From: Bacteroidota bacterium
GTDB lineage: Bacteria > Bacteroidota > Bacteroidia > Chitinophagales > JADIYW01
DNA length: 47,435 nt
Assembly: GCA_020436175.1 (NCBI GenBank)
Contig: JAGQYH010000001.1
Location: forward strand, 1 to 47,435
Direction of reading: 5' to 3'
Of the stretch, positions 38,911 through 47,435 are shown piece by piece. Both the position numbers and the translations under genes were made by a program. How positions within the stretch are numbered: position 1 is the stretch's first letter; each line of letters begins with the position of its first letter. Under the pieces are notes generated by a model. That model was not told where the DNA came from, searched no databases, and worked only from the letters and a program-made list of their open reading frames with translations.

Positions 38911-39789
38911 TTATGGCTTTAAGAATTTGATAATTGCTTTGTAAAGGAGAGGGTTTTTATATGATTGTAGGTAGGAAAGACTTTCCACAAAGTACTTCAT
39001 TGCATCCTTTTTACGCTTCTGACTTAAATATATGTTCGCCACTAAAAGATTAATGAAACTTTCAATTGTGTTTTTATACTTGACCGGAAGGTTAGGTTCC
39101 AGTTCTATAAAGCGTTTAGTGGCATGCATGTTCCATTGCACAAATGTATCTGTGGAGGCAGTATCTAAACTTCTTTGGTCGTGGATTCTAACATCAGTAG
39201 TAAGAATATTGTATTTTAAAATAGGGGTTTTTAATGCCAACTGCCTATGAAACAACCAATCTTCTGAAATGGGAAGCCGCTCGTTTACCCAATGAACCCC
39301 AACACTTTTGTGGTAGCAAAGTTGGTTGGGAGAAATGGGGTTGGCATCAATAAAGTCTTCAAATTGAAACACCACTTTATCTTTATAGAACCTCTTTTTA
39401 TTGTACTTTTTAGGTTGTTTATCCCAAGTTTGTTCTGTAGCAAAAGCTTTGAAGTCGGGATTTTCTTCAATCATTTTCTTTAAAGTAGAAAGGTGATTGG
39501 AAAAATAAAAATCATCGGAATCTAAGTAGCAAATCCAATTGGCGGAAGCGGCTTCCGCTCCTTTGTTTCTTGCAATGCATCTCCCTTGATTTTCTTCGAG
39601 ACTTACTATTTTTATTCGAGGATCTTTAGCGGCATATTCTTTTAAGACTTGTAAGGAGCTGTCTGTGCTTTTATCATCTACCAAGATGTATTCAAAATCT
39701 GTAAACTCTTGATTTAGAACAGTATTAATGGTTTCGGGCAGTAACTTTGCCCTATTATATACAGGGGTAATAATGGAGAAAAAGGGCAT
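38911..39789 (-). CDS. Glycosyltransferase family 2
   Basis: 292 aa with FSIITPVYNRAKLL...ILVDDKSTDSS and the DSDD (DXD) motif. Confidence 0.85.
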   Translation of the reverse strand: MPFFSIITPVYNRAKLLPETINTVLNQEFTDFEYILVDDKSTDSSLQVLKEYAAKDPRIKIVSLEENQGRCIARNKGAEAASANWICYLDSDDFYFSNHLSTLKKMIEENPDFKAFATEQTWDKQPKKYNKKRFYKDKVVFQFEDFIDANPISPNQLCYHKSVGVHWVNERLPISEDWLFHRQLALKTPILKYNILTTDVRIHDQRSLDTASTDTFVQWNMHATKRFIELEPNLPVKYKNTIESFINLLVANIYLSQKRKKDAMKYFVESLSYLQSYKNPLLYKAIIKFLKP

Positions 39790-40871
39790 TAGTTATATGC
39801 TGATTTTCTATAAGGATGAAAAAGCTTGCGATAGCCCATATTGTTTTTTACTAGATATATTAGGGCTTCTTTAAAATGGTTCTTGTTTAAACAATATTTT
39901 AGAAGTTGATTGGCTCTTTTTTTGTTTTCCAAGTTGTATTCTTGAGCGGCACAGGTCATGATATATTTATTCACCATTCTTTTTTTTGTATCAATATCAA
40001 GCGTATTTGTATCAATATTGTACTTAATATTAGCGTGGTTATGATAAATATTCAACTTTTTCAACTGTGTTACATACTCTTTGGCTATTGTTGCCAAAAC
40101 TCTAGACACCACAGTTCTATAATCGCCATACACTTTGGTTTGATCATCAAAATTAGAAGATTTAGATGCAGGATATCTTCTGAAGTTGGCGAGAGTTTTG
40201 TTCAGTTTTGCTGTTTCATGATTGAAAACAATTCTTGCCCAAAAATCATAATCCATGCAATAGTGCAGGCTTTCATCTATCACACCAACTTCATCGAATA
40301 GTTTAGTTCGCCAAAAAGTACTGGGTTGATGGATAGATATTCTGGAAATGAAATCAATTGGATCAAATTCAACGGCTTCATATAAATCTGTTTTGATTTC
40401 CGGATAAATAATATTACAGTTGCCATAAACTAAATCGATATTAGGGTGTTGAGCAAAGAATGAAGCGATTTCAAATAGTGCAAATGGTGCTAAATAATCA
40501 TCACTGTTCACCCAATTTACTAGTTCTCCTGTACATTTTTTAATTCCTTTATTTATCGCGTGACTTTGTCCTTTATCTTTTTCGCTTACCCAATATGTGA
40601 TCCAATTTTCGTACTTTTTTATTATTTCCAAGGTGTTGTCAGTGCTTCCACCATCAATAACAATTAATTCAAGGTTTGGATAGTTTTGTAGTAGGATGGA
40701 TCGTAGGGTTTCTTCAATAAATTCTCCATGATTATAGCTTGGAATGATAATGGAAAATTTCGGCCAATCTATTTTAAAATCGTAAACTGAAGGATCGGTT
40801 TCAATTGTAAAGGGCCAGCCTAATTCATTATCAGATATATTAGGAATGTTATTTAGCAATCCAATGGTCAT
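39789..40871 (-). CDS. Glycosyltransferase family 2
   Basis: 360 aa with FSIIIPSYNHGEFIEETL...VIDGGSTDNT and NSDD. It matches the GT2 subfamily with a roughly 45-aa N-terminal extension. Confidence 0.85.
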   Translation of the reverse strand: MTIGLLNNIPNISDNELGWPFTIETDPSVYDFKIDWPKFSIIIPSYNHGEFIEETLRSILLQNYPNLELIVIDGGSTDNTLEIIKKYENWITYWVSEKDKGQSHAINKGIKKCTGELVNWVNSDDYLAPFALFEIASFFAQHPNIDLVYGNCNIIYPEIKTDLYEAVEFDPIDFISRISIHQPSTFWRTKLFDEVGVIDESLHYCMDYDFWARIVFNHETAKLNKTLANFRRYPASKSSNFDDQTKVYGDYRTVVSRVLATIAKEYVTQLKKLNIYHNHANIKYNIDTNTLDIDTKKRMVNKYIMTCAAQEYNLENKKRANQLLKYCLNKNHFKEALIYLVKNNMGYRKLFHPYRKSAYN

Positions 40872-40952
40872 GATTATTTACAAATAAATTTTTTATTTGA
40901 AATATCTTGAGATTTTGTTTCTATATTGAATAGTCTGGTGATTAGACTATAT

Positions 40953-42107
40953 TTAGAGAATTTCAAGAATGTTTCTCCCAAATTTTTGACTCTTTTTTAA
41001 AGCGTGGTTTTTTAAAGTTGTAATGTCGGTTATATTATCGGCGGATGAGTTTTCTAGTTCAAGTTTTATCAAATCGCTCAATTCATCAGAATTATCAGTT
41101 TCGAAATAACTCCCTTTATCTCCCAGTTGTTCTATATGGACACTTAATTTAGAGGCGATTACTTTTTTATTTAAACTTTTTGAATCTTCAATAAAAGTGT
41201 TCCAACCTTCAAATTTACTAGGTTGAATAGCAGCAACGGCATTGTGTAACAAGCACAATTGATCTATTCGTGAAATAAAGCCGAGGCTCATTACTTTATC
41301 TCTGAGATCATTATCAGTGATAAACTGATTTAAGGAGGTAACATAATTCGGATTTCTTGGGTCTTCTTCAAGTCCTGTAAAAACCATTAAGAAGTCTAAG
41401 CTTTTTAGGCTTAACAAGGATTCTAAAATAACAATATGATTTTTATGCTTCCAAAACTGATTTGATGTTAAAAAATAGGGTTTGTTTCCTAAATTATACT
41501 TTAACCTCAATTTTTTAATTGATGTTTTTGCTAATGTATTAAAATCAATAATTGAAATAAACCGTAGTACTTTTACTTGTGCATTGGATTCTGGATAAAA
41601 TTGCTCAAAATGTGATTTAGCATCGTAACTAGAGACGACCAACTCCTCGCAATTTAAGGCAATCTGCTCAAATTCTATATCCCTTTTTTGAATTTCTTTT
41701 TCAGAAAAATATTGGGGTAAAAATTTATGTTGGAAGTCAAATATCCAATATTTAGGACGGGCATTTAAAACCAATTCAGGGTTGTATTGTGCAATCGGAA
41801 ATAATGACTCAATACCCTCTTTGTTGAATATTTTTTTTAGTTGGTAATTCTTACCGTTTATTAATCTAGCAATTTTATACAGTGCTCTTTCCCATTTTGG
41901 TAGACTTTGGAGACATTTTTTTTTGTAATAGGGATAATTGACTTCGTCAAAAAGTTGGGTAGGAGTGGCTTCGTGATAAAAAAGAATGATTTCAGGTTTT
42001 TCTTCATCTGGTAAGCTATTTAGGGCACACAGTAGATTTTGGATATAATAAAGTCCCCCAATCCATTTTTCAGTAAAATTAGCTAGTAAGCCGATTTTTC
42101 TTCTCAT
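40953..42107 (-). CDS. Glycosyltransferase, GT-B fold (GT1/GT4-like)
   Basis: The C-terminal region is ...IQPSKFEGWNTFIEDSKSLNKKVIAS. The ORF track starts at 42122. Met6 at 42107 gives a classical ATGA overlap with the upstream epimerase stop, so I prefer it. Confidence 0.6.
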   Translation of the reverse strand: MRRKIGLLANFTEKWIGGLYYIQNLLCALNSLPDEEKPEIILFYHEATPTQLFDEVNYPYYKKKCLQSLPKWERALYKIARLINGKNYQLKKIFNKEGIESLFPIAQYNPELVLNARPKYWIFDFQHKFLPQYFSEKEIQKRDIEFEQIALNCEELVVSSYDAKSHFEQFYPESNAQVKVLRFISIIDFNTLAKTSIKKLRLKYNLGNKPYFLTSNQFWKHKNHIVILESLLSLKSLDFLMVFTGLEEDPRNPNYVTSLNQFITDNDLRDKVMSLGFISRIDQLCLLHNAVAAIQPSKFEGWNTFIEDSKSLNKKVIASKLSVHIEQLGDKGSYFETDNSDELSDLIKLELENSSADNITDITTLKNHALKKSQKFGRNILEIL

Positions 42108-43003
42108 AGCGAAATCAACCATTTTGCATATTCTGAAAGACCATCTTCAATATCAAATTTTGATTGAAATCCTAAGTTTTCAAGAATAGAGATGTCTGCT
42201 CGCCAATTTAATGGATCGCCTTTTCTTATCTGACCACTAAATTTCAACTCTCCTTTCCAATTAATTTTATGCAATAAAATTTGTACCACTTCTTTAATAG
42301 TAAATTCTTTCCCAGATGCTAAATTTATATTTGTTCCTTTAAAGCAATCTGTATTATGTACAAGTATTTCTATGGCGTGGACAATATCATTTATAAAGAT
42401 AAAATCTCTTGATTCCTTACCTGTGCCAAACAATGTGATGGTATTAGATTGCTTACTTTTTTGAAAAATGTCCCAAAATAATTGTTTTTTCAGACCAGGT
42501 CCATATGCCGAGAACACTCTTAAAGAACAGCAATTGATATTGAAAAAGCGATAATACTCATGGCATATATCTTCTGCTAGTTTCTTATGGAAACCATAGG
42601 GTGATATTGGGTTTATTATTTGATTTTCTTTAATTGGAAGTGCTTCTGGTGAACCGTAAACGGCAGCGCTTGAAAGGTTAATAAATCTACATTCAGGAGA
42701 GTGTTCTTTAATAGCATCTAGGAGGTTAAACACATTTAATGTATTTAGATAAAAATCTCTTTTAGGGTTGTTTAAAGAGTCGGGAACGCTAGCAGCTCCT
42801 GAGCAATTAATGCAAATATCAAATGCCTCTTTACTGAAAATTTTATTAAAATCATTAGTAGAGGGGTCTATTAAAAAATAGTTAGTGGATGTATAGTCTG
42901 TGACTACATCGGCTCCCCAAACATCATATTGATTATTATTGCCAAAATACGTAAGACAATGACTGCCAATGAATCCTTTTGAGCCTATAATAAGTATTTT
43001 CAT
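42104..43003 (-). CDS. NAD-dependent epimerase/dehydratase (SDR)
   Basis: 299 aa with Rossmann GSKGFIGSH and YxxxK (YGFHK), and an SS..VYG-like SAAVYG motif. Confidence 0.8.
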   Translation of the reverse strand: MKILIIGSKGFIGSHCLTYFGNNNQYDVWGADVVTDYTSTNYFLIDPSTNDFNKIFSKEAFDICINCSGAASVPDSLNNPKRDFYLNTLNVFNLLDAIKEHSPECRFINLSSAAVYGSPEALPIKENQIINPISPYGFHKKLAEDICHEYYRFFNINCCSLRVFSAYGPGLKKQLFWDIFQKSKQSNTITLFGTGKESRDFIFINDIVHAIEILVHNTDCFKGTNINLASGKEFTIKEVVQILLHKINWKGELKFSGQIRKGDPLNWRADISILENLGFQSKFDIEDGLSEYAKWLISL

Positions 43004-43026
43004 TTTTTTCGATTAGAGGTAATAAG

Positions 43027-43893
43027 TTACTTTTTAGATAAATAACTATATATTCTGCCGACTCTGTTTTTCTCGTCAAGGAAACTGTCTTTATCAGTAC
43101 CTACCCTTTTACTTAACAGCGTTTTCAAAAGTCCTATTTTCCCAATTGATCCAAACTTGTTGGTTAATATTTTTTCCGTTAAAGCGTCAAGGTATTGATC
43201 TAAATTTTTTCTTTGATAAGTAGTTAACTCAGGATAATAATTGATTGGACTGTCGAAATATCTCAACTCCTCTACAATGGTTAAACCAGCAGAAGTTATT
43301 GCTGATTTATATTCTGTAGGTGAGAAAGCATTTTCTCCTCCATAAAATTTGTGTAGTGGATGTTCATTTAAAAACATCTCTTTATCTGCGGCATCAAATA
43401 CAACGTGATCTCTTGTGGTGAGAAAAATACCACCTTTTTTTAGCAGTCTGCTTGATTCTCCTACAAATTGATCTAGATTATTGGCATGATGCATGGCTTG
43501 TCGAGCATATACAATATCAAAAGACTCTGATTCAAAATCCATTTCTTCTGCAAATCCTTCGTGAATTTCAATATTATTTAAGTTAAATACATCTTTTAAT
43601 TTTCTGATGGCACCAGCACCTATTGTTTCGCTGGGATCGGGTTCAACTACTGTAACATCAAATCCGTTTAATGCAAAACCTATAGCACTTATTCCGTTGC
43701 CACTTCCAATATCTAAAAGTTTTATTCCATTAGGGTTGTTTTTTTTTATCAAATTAAGTGTTTCAATAAATTCTTCACTTTTAACGAAACGTTCTACATT
43801 TTCCCTTAAATCAGCACCTAAGTACGATTTATATACCAAATCCTTAAAATCTTCTTTTTTTCGGATTTCAATTATTGTTTCCTCCCAGTTCAT
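43027..43893 (-). CDS. Class I SAM-dependent methyltransferase
   Basis: 288 aa with motif [13 protein letters not shown], an acidic post-I residue (VVEPD) and motif [14 protein letters not shown]. Confidence 0.8.
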   Translation of the reverse strand: MNWEETIIEIRKKEDFKDLVYKSYLGADLRENVERFVKSEEFIETLNLIKKNNPNGIKLLDIGSGNGISAIGFALNGFDVTVVEPDPSETIGAGAIRKLKDVFNLNNIEIHEGFAEEMDFESESFDIVYARQAMHHANNLDQFVGESSRLLKKGGIFLTTRDHVVFDAADKEMFLNEHPLHKFYGGENAFSPTEYKSAITSAGLTIVEELRYFDSPINYYPELTTYQRKNLDQYLDALTEKILTNKFGSIGKIGLLKTLLSKRVGTDKDSFLDEKNRVGRIYSYLSKK

Positions 43894-44492
43894 ATCGTTT
43901 CTTTTATCACTCTCGCTGGATTTCCGGCTACAATTGTAAAATCAGGAACATCTTTAGTAATTACACTTCCGGCAGCTACGATAGCGCCTTCTCCAATAGT
44001 AACTCCTTTTAAAATAATAACGTTAAAACCAATCCAAGCTTTATCCTTAATTACTATGGGTTTGCTACAAACATTGACCCAATTCTTATAATAACCAATT
44101 TTGTTTTCATCTATTCCTCTTTTCCAATCTTTAACATCGGCTTTCCGGTGTTCCCACGAAAGCGAATGAGCATCATTATCCATTACTGTACAACCCCATG
44201 AAAACATTACATCATTTCCAATTGTTATATTATTAATCGAAATAAAGTTTCCACCACCAATAAATGATCTGTTTCCTATTGCTATGGTACCATTCTCATT
44301 TTCAAAGATGAAATTTCCTTGAACTATAGAATTATCGCCAACTGCGAAAAATGCTGAAGTTTTCTCTTTTCTAACTATTAGATTTGTATCTTTTGTTATC
44401 GAGTTTTTACCAATTTTTGCATAACCTTTTTTAGTATATATGCTTAAAATGCTCTTGCGTCTTAAGATTTTTGTAAATATTCTTTTTAACAT
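43890..44492 (-). CDS. Hexapeptide-repeat (left-handed beta-helix) O-acetyltransferase
   Basis: 200 aa with repeated [LIV]G hexapeptides ([62 protein letters not shown]). Confidence 0.85.
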   Translation of the reverse strand: MLKRIFTKILRRKSILSIYTKKGYAKIGKNSITKDTNLIVRKEKTSAFFAVGDNSIVQGNFIFENENGTIAIGNRSFIGGGNFISINNITIGNDVMFSWGCTVMDNDAHSLSWEHRKADVKDWKRGIDENKIGYYKNWVNVCSKPIVIKDKAWIGFNVIILKGVTIGEGAIVAAGSVITKDVPDFTIVAGNPARVIKETI

Positions 44493-45093
44493 AACTTCTT
44501 AATTAATTTTGCGGGGTTACCGACAACAATTGTGTAATCTGGCACATCTTTAGTGACTACGCTTCCTGCTCCTACAACAGCCCCCTCTCCAATAGTAACT
44601 CCTTTTAATATAATTACATTAAAGCCAATCCAAGCTTTATCTTTTATTATAACAGGAGATTTTTAACCTTATCCCAATTTTTATATTTAGCGATTGAACC
44701 CTCTTTATATCCTCTAGCCCAATCTCGAACATCATTTATTCTATCAGCAGATTTAAGGGAATGAGCATTATTGTCAACAACAGTGCATCCCCATGAAAAC
44801 ATGACATCATTTCCTATAGTTATTGATTCTGTACAAATGAACATTCCGCCTCCAATATATGATCGATCCCCTATTTTTATACTTCCTCTATTAGTTTCAA
44901 ATATATATTTACCCATTACAACAGAGTTGTTTCCAATAGTTAAGAACTTTCTATCAGCGGGGATTCTTACCTCCAAAGAGTATTCAGGGTTGTAGATGGA
45001 TTCGTCCCCGATAGTATAATATTGCCCCAGCTTAGTTATTCGTTTTTTGCGAGTAAGTACATTTTTTATTTTATTAAAAATGATGTTTATCAC
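44486..45093 (-). pseudogene. Hexapeptide acetyltransferase paralog interrupted by a 1-nt frameshift (or assembly error)
   Basis: The 148-aa ORF (44647..45093, GTG start) ends ...[13 protein letters not shown]. The remaining 57 codons ([57 protein letters not shown]) continue in another frame down to 44486. One extra A in the A5 run at 44660-44664 restores a 202-aa protein colinear with the downstream paralog. Confidence 0.75.
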
Positions 45094-46016
45094 TTTTTTT
45101 GTAATTTTCTTTTAATGTAAGATGTAATTCTTTGTAAGATGTGTGGCTGTTTACTTTTCATTTTCTTTTCAAATGAGCGCCTGACTTTTTCCACCATCTT
45201 TTGGTCAATTGATTTAGGAGGTGGTTGAAAATTAAAATTATCGGTCTTGATTCTTTCTAAATTAAATACACTGCTAGATTCTCCGTGTGTTCCTGAAGTA
45301 TCAAAGCCGATGTTTTTGACCAATGAATTCACAGGAAACAAGAAGTGTCCGCCATTTAAATACATGAATGCATAAAATCTGATCGCCCATGAATCTATTC
45401 TTTCTTCTACTTGATCTGTTAACATAGCATAATAAGGATAGTTTCCAAAGTCTATTGATTTAACTTTCTTCTCATTTTCAATCCTTAATTTAAGCCGAGT
45501 TGCATCAAAGTCTATCATGTCCCATTTGTGCTTCCAAGTGGCCCATCCCCAAGATGAGTTTATCGGTAAATAATAACAATCAGTTGATTCATTATTCTCA
45601 TAAAAAGTTGATCCGGAAATTCCATAAAGAAATTCAATTGAAGAACCTTTATCTAAATAAAAATTCATAAAGCTCAAGAATTTCTGAGAAGTTATGAGAT
45701 CATCTTCCAAAACTATAATCTTTCCAAACTTATCTAAAGTTTTTGTTACTCCATCTATAATATTGTTTGCTAAACCCCAGTTTTTAGCTCTTTCTATTAC
45801 CTCAACTTTTTTACACCAATTTTTGCTTTTAACAATTTTCCTTACTTCTTCAATTTTTTTTAGGTTTTCTTTATTTTGAGAATCTATAGGTCCATCACAA
45901 TATATATAAAGCTCACTTTGATCTGCCAATTCATTTTTAGATAAAGCTTCTAGTGTTGCCAAAGAATGATTTGGTCTATTGTAAACAAATAATATTATCG
46001 GTGCAAGTGAACTCAA
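45090..46016 (-). CDS. GT-A fold glycosyltransferase, GNT-I (GT13)-like
   Basis: 308 aa with a TTG start. The N-terminal PIILFVYNRPNHSLATLEAL and an IVLEDDL (EDD) motif resemble the GnT-I type catalytic domain. The family call is from memory of motifs only. Confidence 0.5.
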   Translation of the reverse strand: MSSLAPIILFVYNRPNHSLATLEALSKNELADQSELYIYCDGPIDSQNKENLKKIEEVRKIVKSKNWCKKVEVIERAKNWGLANNIIDGVTKTLDKFGKIIVLEDDLITSQKFLSFMNFYLDKGSSIEFLYGISGSTFYENNESTDCYYLPINSSWGWATWKHKWDMIDFDATRLKLRIENEKKVKSIDFGNYPYYAMLTDQVEERIDSWAIRFYAFMYLNGGHFLFPVNSLVKNIGFDTSGTHGESSSVFNLERIKTDNFNFQPPPKSIDQKMVEKVRRSFEKKMKSKQPHILQRITSYIKRKLQKK

Positions 46017-46054
46017 AAAATTAAATGAACTTTTAAGGAATAAAAATTAGAATA

Positions 46055-47074
46055 TTATTGCTTTTTTATTTTTATTATGCCTAATAATTGGCGATAAAAA
46101 TCTTTTTTAAATAGGTACATTTTGTCGAGATATTTAATGATTTTGAAAGTAGCACTCAAAAATATCTGCCAACTTTTTAAATAATCCGACAGTTCCTTTG
46201 GATAATATAAACCTCTATAATGTAACTGCATAAAGTAGTATCGATCGATAAAAAGGGGAAATTGGTTTGTTTTAAGGTATTTGGGAACAAATTTTAACAT
46301 CTTATCTGAAAACATCACAAAGCTTTTATTTACACTGCTTTTATTTGATGTTAGACTTCCGTCGTATCGTCTAAATATGGTAACAGGTTGTTCTCTTTCA
46401 CCGGGATATAGCCGTCCAACTGCAGCCATTTTACACCACATTAGTAAGTCTTCACACGTTTTCATGTCAACATCAAACAAGCCAGTTTTTTTAAAAATAC
46501 TTTTCTTAAATGTAACCCCATCAGGACTAAAAAACCCTCTTCCTTTTCCCATTGGATATAAATTGAAAAATAAATCTTCCGGTGCAGTATCGTCTAAGTA
46601 GGTCATCTTATGGTTATTGTAATGCGCTGCTCTTTCCTCATCTATTATTCCATCTGCCTGACCTTGAATCAATTCATAAACTCCATCACAATCTGGATGC
46701 TCATAAAAGACTTGCTTTGTTTTTTTAAATCGATGTGGTAGATAATAATCATCAGAATCTAAAAAAGAAATGTAAAAACAAGAGGCTTTCAGGATTCCTA
46801 AATTTCTTGTGGCGGCAACTCCTTTGTTAATTCTGTTTTCATGTGTCAAAAGAATTACTTTTTCAACCTCACTTGCAATTGATAGACATAGCTCATAAGA
46901 ACCATCGGAAGAACCATCATCCACCACGATTACTTCTTTCACCTCAGGTTGAGCTAAAACGGACTCAATAGATTGTTTGACATATTTTACAGCATTATAA
47001 ACGGGAACAATGACACTAATATCAAATGAAAAATCATCTATTTCAGTTACTTCTTTTGTTTGATAGCTATTCAT
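46055..47074 (-). CDS. Glycosyltransferase family 2
   Basis: 339 aa with ISVIVPVYNAVKYVKQSIESVL...VVDDGSSDGS and DSDD. Confidence 0.85.
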   Translation of the reverse strand: MNSYQTKEVTEIDDFSFDISVIVPVYNAVKYVKQSIESVLAQPEVKEVIVVDDGSSDGSYELCLSIASEVEKVILLTHENRINKGVAATRNLGILKASCFYISFLDSDDYYLPHRFKKTKQVFYEHPDCDGVYELIQGQADGIIDEERAAHYNNHKMTYLDDTAPEDLFFNLYPMGKGRGFFSPDGVTFKKSIFKKTGLFDVDMKTCEDLLMWCKMAAVGRLYPGEREQPVTIFRRYDGSLTSNKSSVNKSFVMFSDKMLKFVPKYLKTNQFPLFIDRYYFMQLHYRGLYYPKELSDYLKSWQIFLSATFKIIKYLDKMYLFKKDFYRQLLGIIKIKKQ

Positions 47075-47096
47075 TTATTTTAATTCCAAATCTATT

Positions 47097-47435
47097 TTAC
47101 TGGTTCTCAAGAAAGATGAGAAAATGATCTAGTTGTTTTGGGTCAAGCTTTAAATCAGCTGTATGTTGATCTTCAGTGATATTATTTGGTTGGCATTGTA
47201 AATAATAATAATCAAGTTCGAGGTCTGAAGCTAAAGAAAAGTAGCAATTGTTATGATTATCTCCGGCCAATCTTAGTTCAATTATTTTACCGCCTGAAGG
47301 CATAAATAACATATTGGTTAATCCTGCTCCATGAACACTCATTAAAACAGAAGTGTTATTCATGATTTCTATTTGTTCTTTCAAAGAATAGTTTTCAGCA
47401 TGAATGATTTCGAAACCATGTTTAATAAGCACCTT
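47097..47435 (-). CDS. Glycosyltransferase family 61 / DUF563-like, C-terminal fragment (gene runs off the window)
   Basis: The motif VHGAGLTNMLFMPSGGKIIEL is characteristic of GT61/DUF563 proteins. The ORF is open to the window edge, so the N-terminus is missing. Confidence 0.6.
   Translation of the reverse strand, partial: KVLIKHGFEIIHAENYSLKEQIEIMNNTSVLMSVHGAGLTNMLFMPSGGKIIELRLAGDNHNNCYFSLASDLELDYYYLQCQPNNITEDQHTADLKLDPKQLDHFLIFLENQ

Noticed and set aside
44655-44665. The A5 homopolymer at the acetyltransferase frameshift acting as a dedicated phase-variation tract.
   Set aside because: Five residues is short compared with known slipped-strand contingency tracts, which are usually 7 or more. 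A fixed mutation or a sequencing error is more parsimonious. The observation is kept as a finding, but the phase-variation interpretation is not favoured.
1-47435. Mobile elements, CRISPR arrays, toxin-antitoxin pairs or known defence systems anywhere in the window.
   Set aside because: There are no transposase, integrase or recombinase-like ORFs. I noticed no direct-repeat/spacer periodicity and no terminal inverted repeats. No small paired ORFs typical of TA modules are present. The only nucleotide-level repeat found is the tandem acetyltransferase duplication.

Overview
This is a chromosomal segment from a low-GC Bacteroidota-type genome. The taxon call rests on a T9SS C-terminal sorting domain, the DUF4290-murA gene pair and AT-rich coding. 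I found no rRNA, tRNA, CRISPR array, transposase or integrase. The left part (1-24.2 kb) is mostly housekeeping: recA, an rfbA-galE pair, an OmpR/PhoB-type two-component system, three small secreted or lipoprotein genes, and a translationally coupled FAD-oxidoreductase / NapH-like polyferredoxin membrane pair. It continues with a hemolysin-III protein, a DUF3078-like protein, MscS, then a minus-strand run of murA, tlpA-like, grpE, dnaJ, a T9SS cargo gene and a NatAB-like ABC transporter, followed by DUF4290, a UvrD/PcrA helicase and a NUDIX CoA-pyrophosphatase-like gene. From 24.2 kb to the right edge, and running off it, lies a surface-glycan biosynthesis locus of more than 23 kb. It holds a WecA-like initiating transferase, about 10 glycosyltransferases, 4 SDR epimerase/dehydratases, 2 AsnB-type amidotransferases, 2 methyltransferases, 2 tandem hexapeptide acetyltransferases (one frameshifted), a membrane-anchored transglutaminase-like protein and one polytopic membrane protein. 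No flippase, chain-length or export genes are recognisable in the window. The points most worth following up are the architecture of this locus (twin amidotransferase modules, the transglutaminase-fold protein, eukaryote-type GT13/GT61-like transferases, convergent genes with overlapping 3' ends), the uncharacterised redox pair at 7.2-10.1 kb, and a MurA carrying Asp at the fosfomycin-target Cys position. All functional calls come from motif and architecture recognition by eye. No database search was run.
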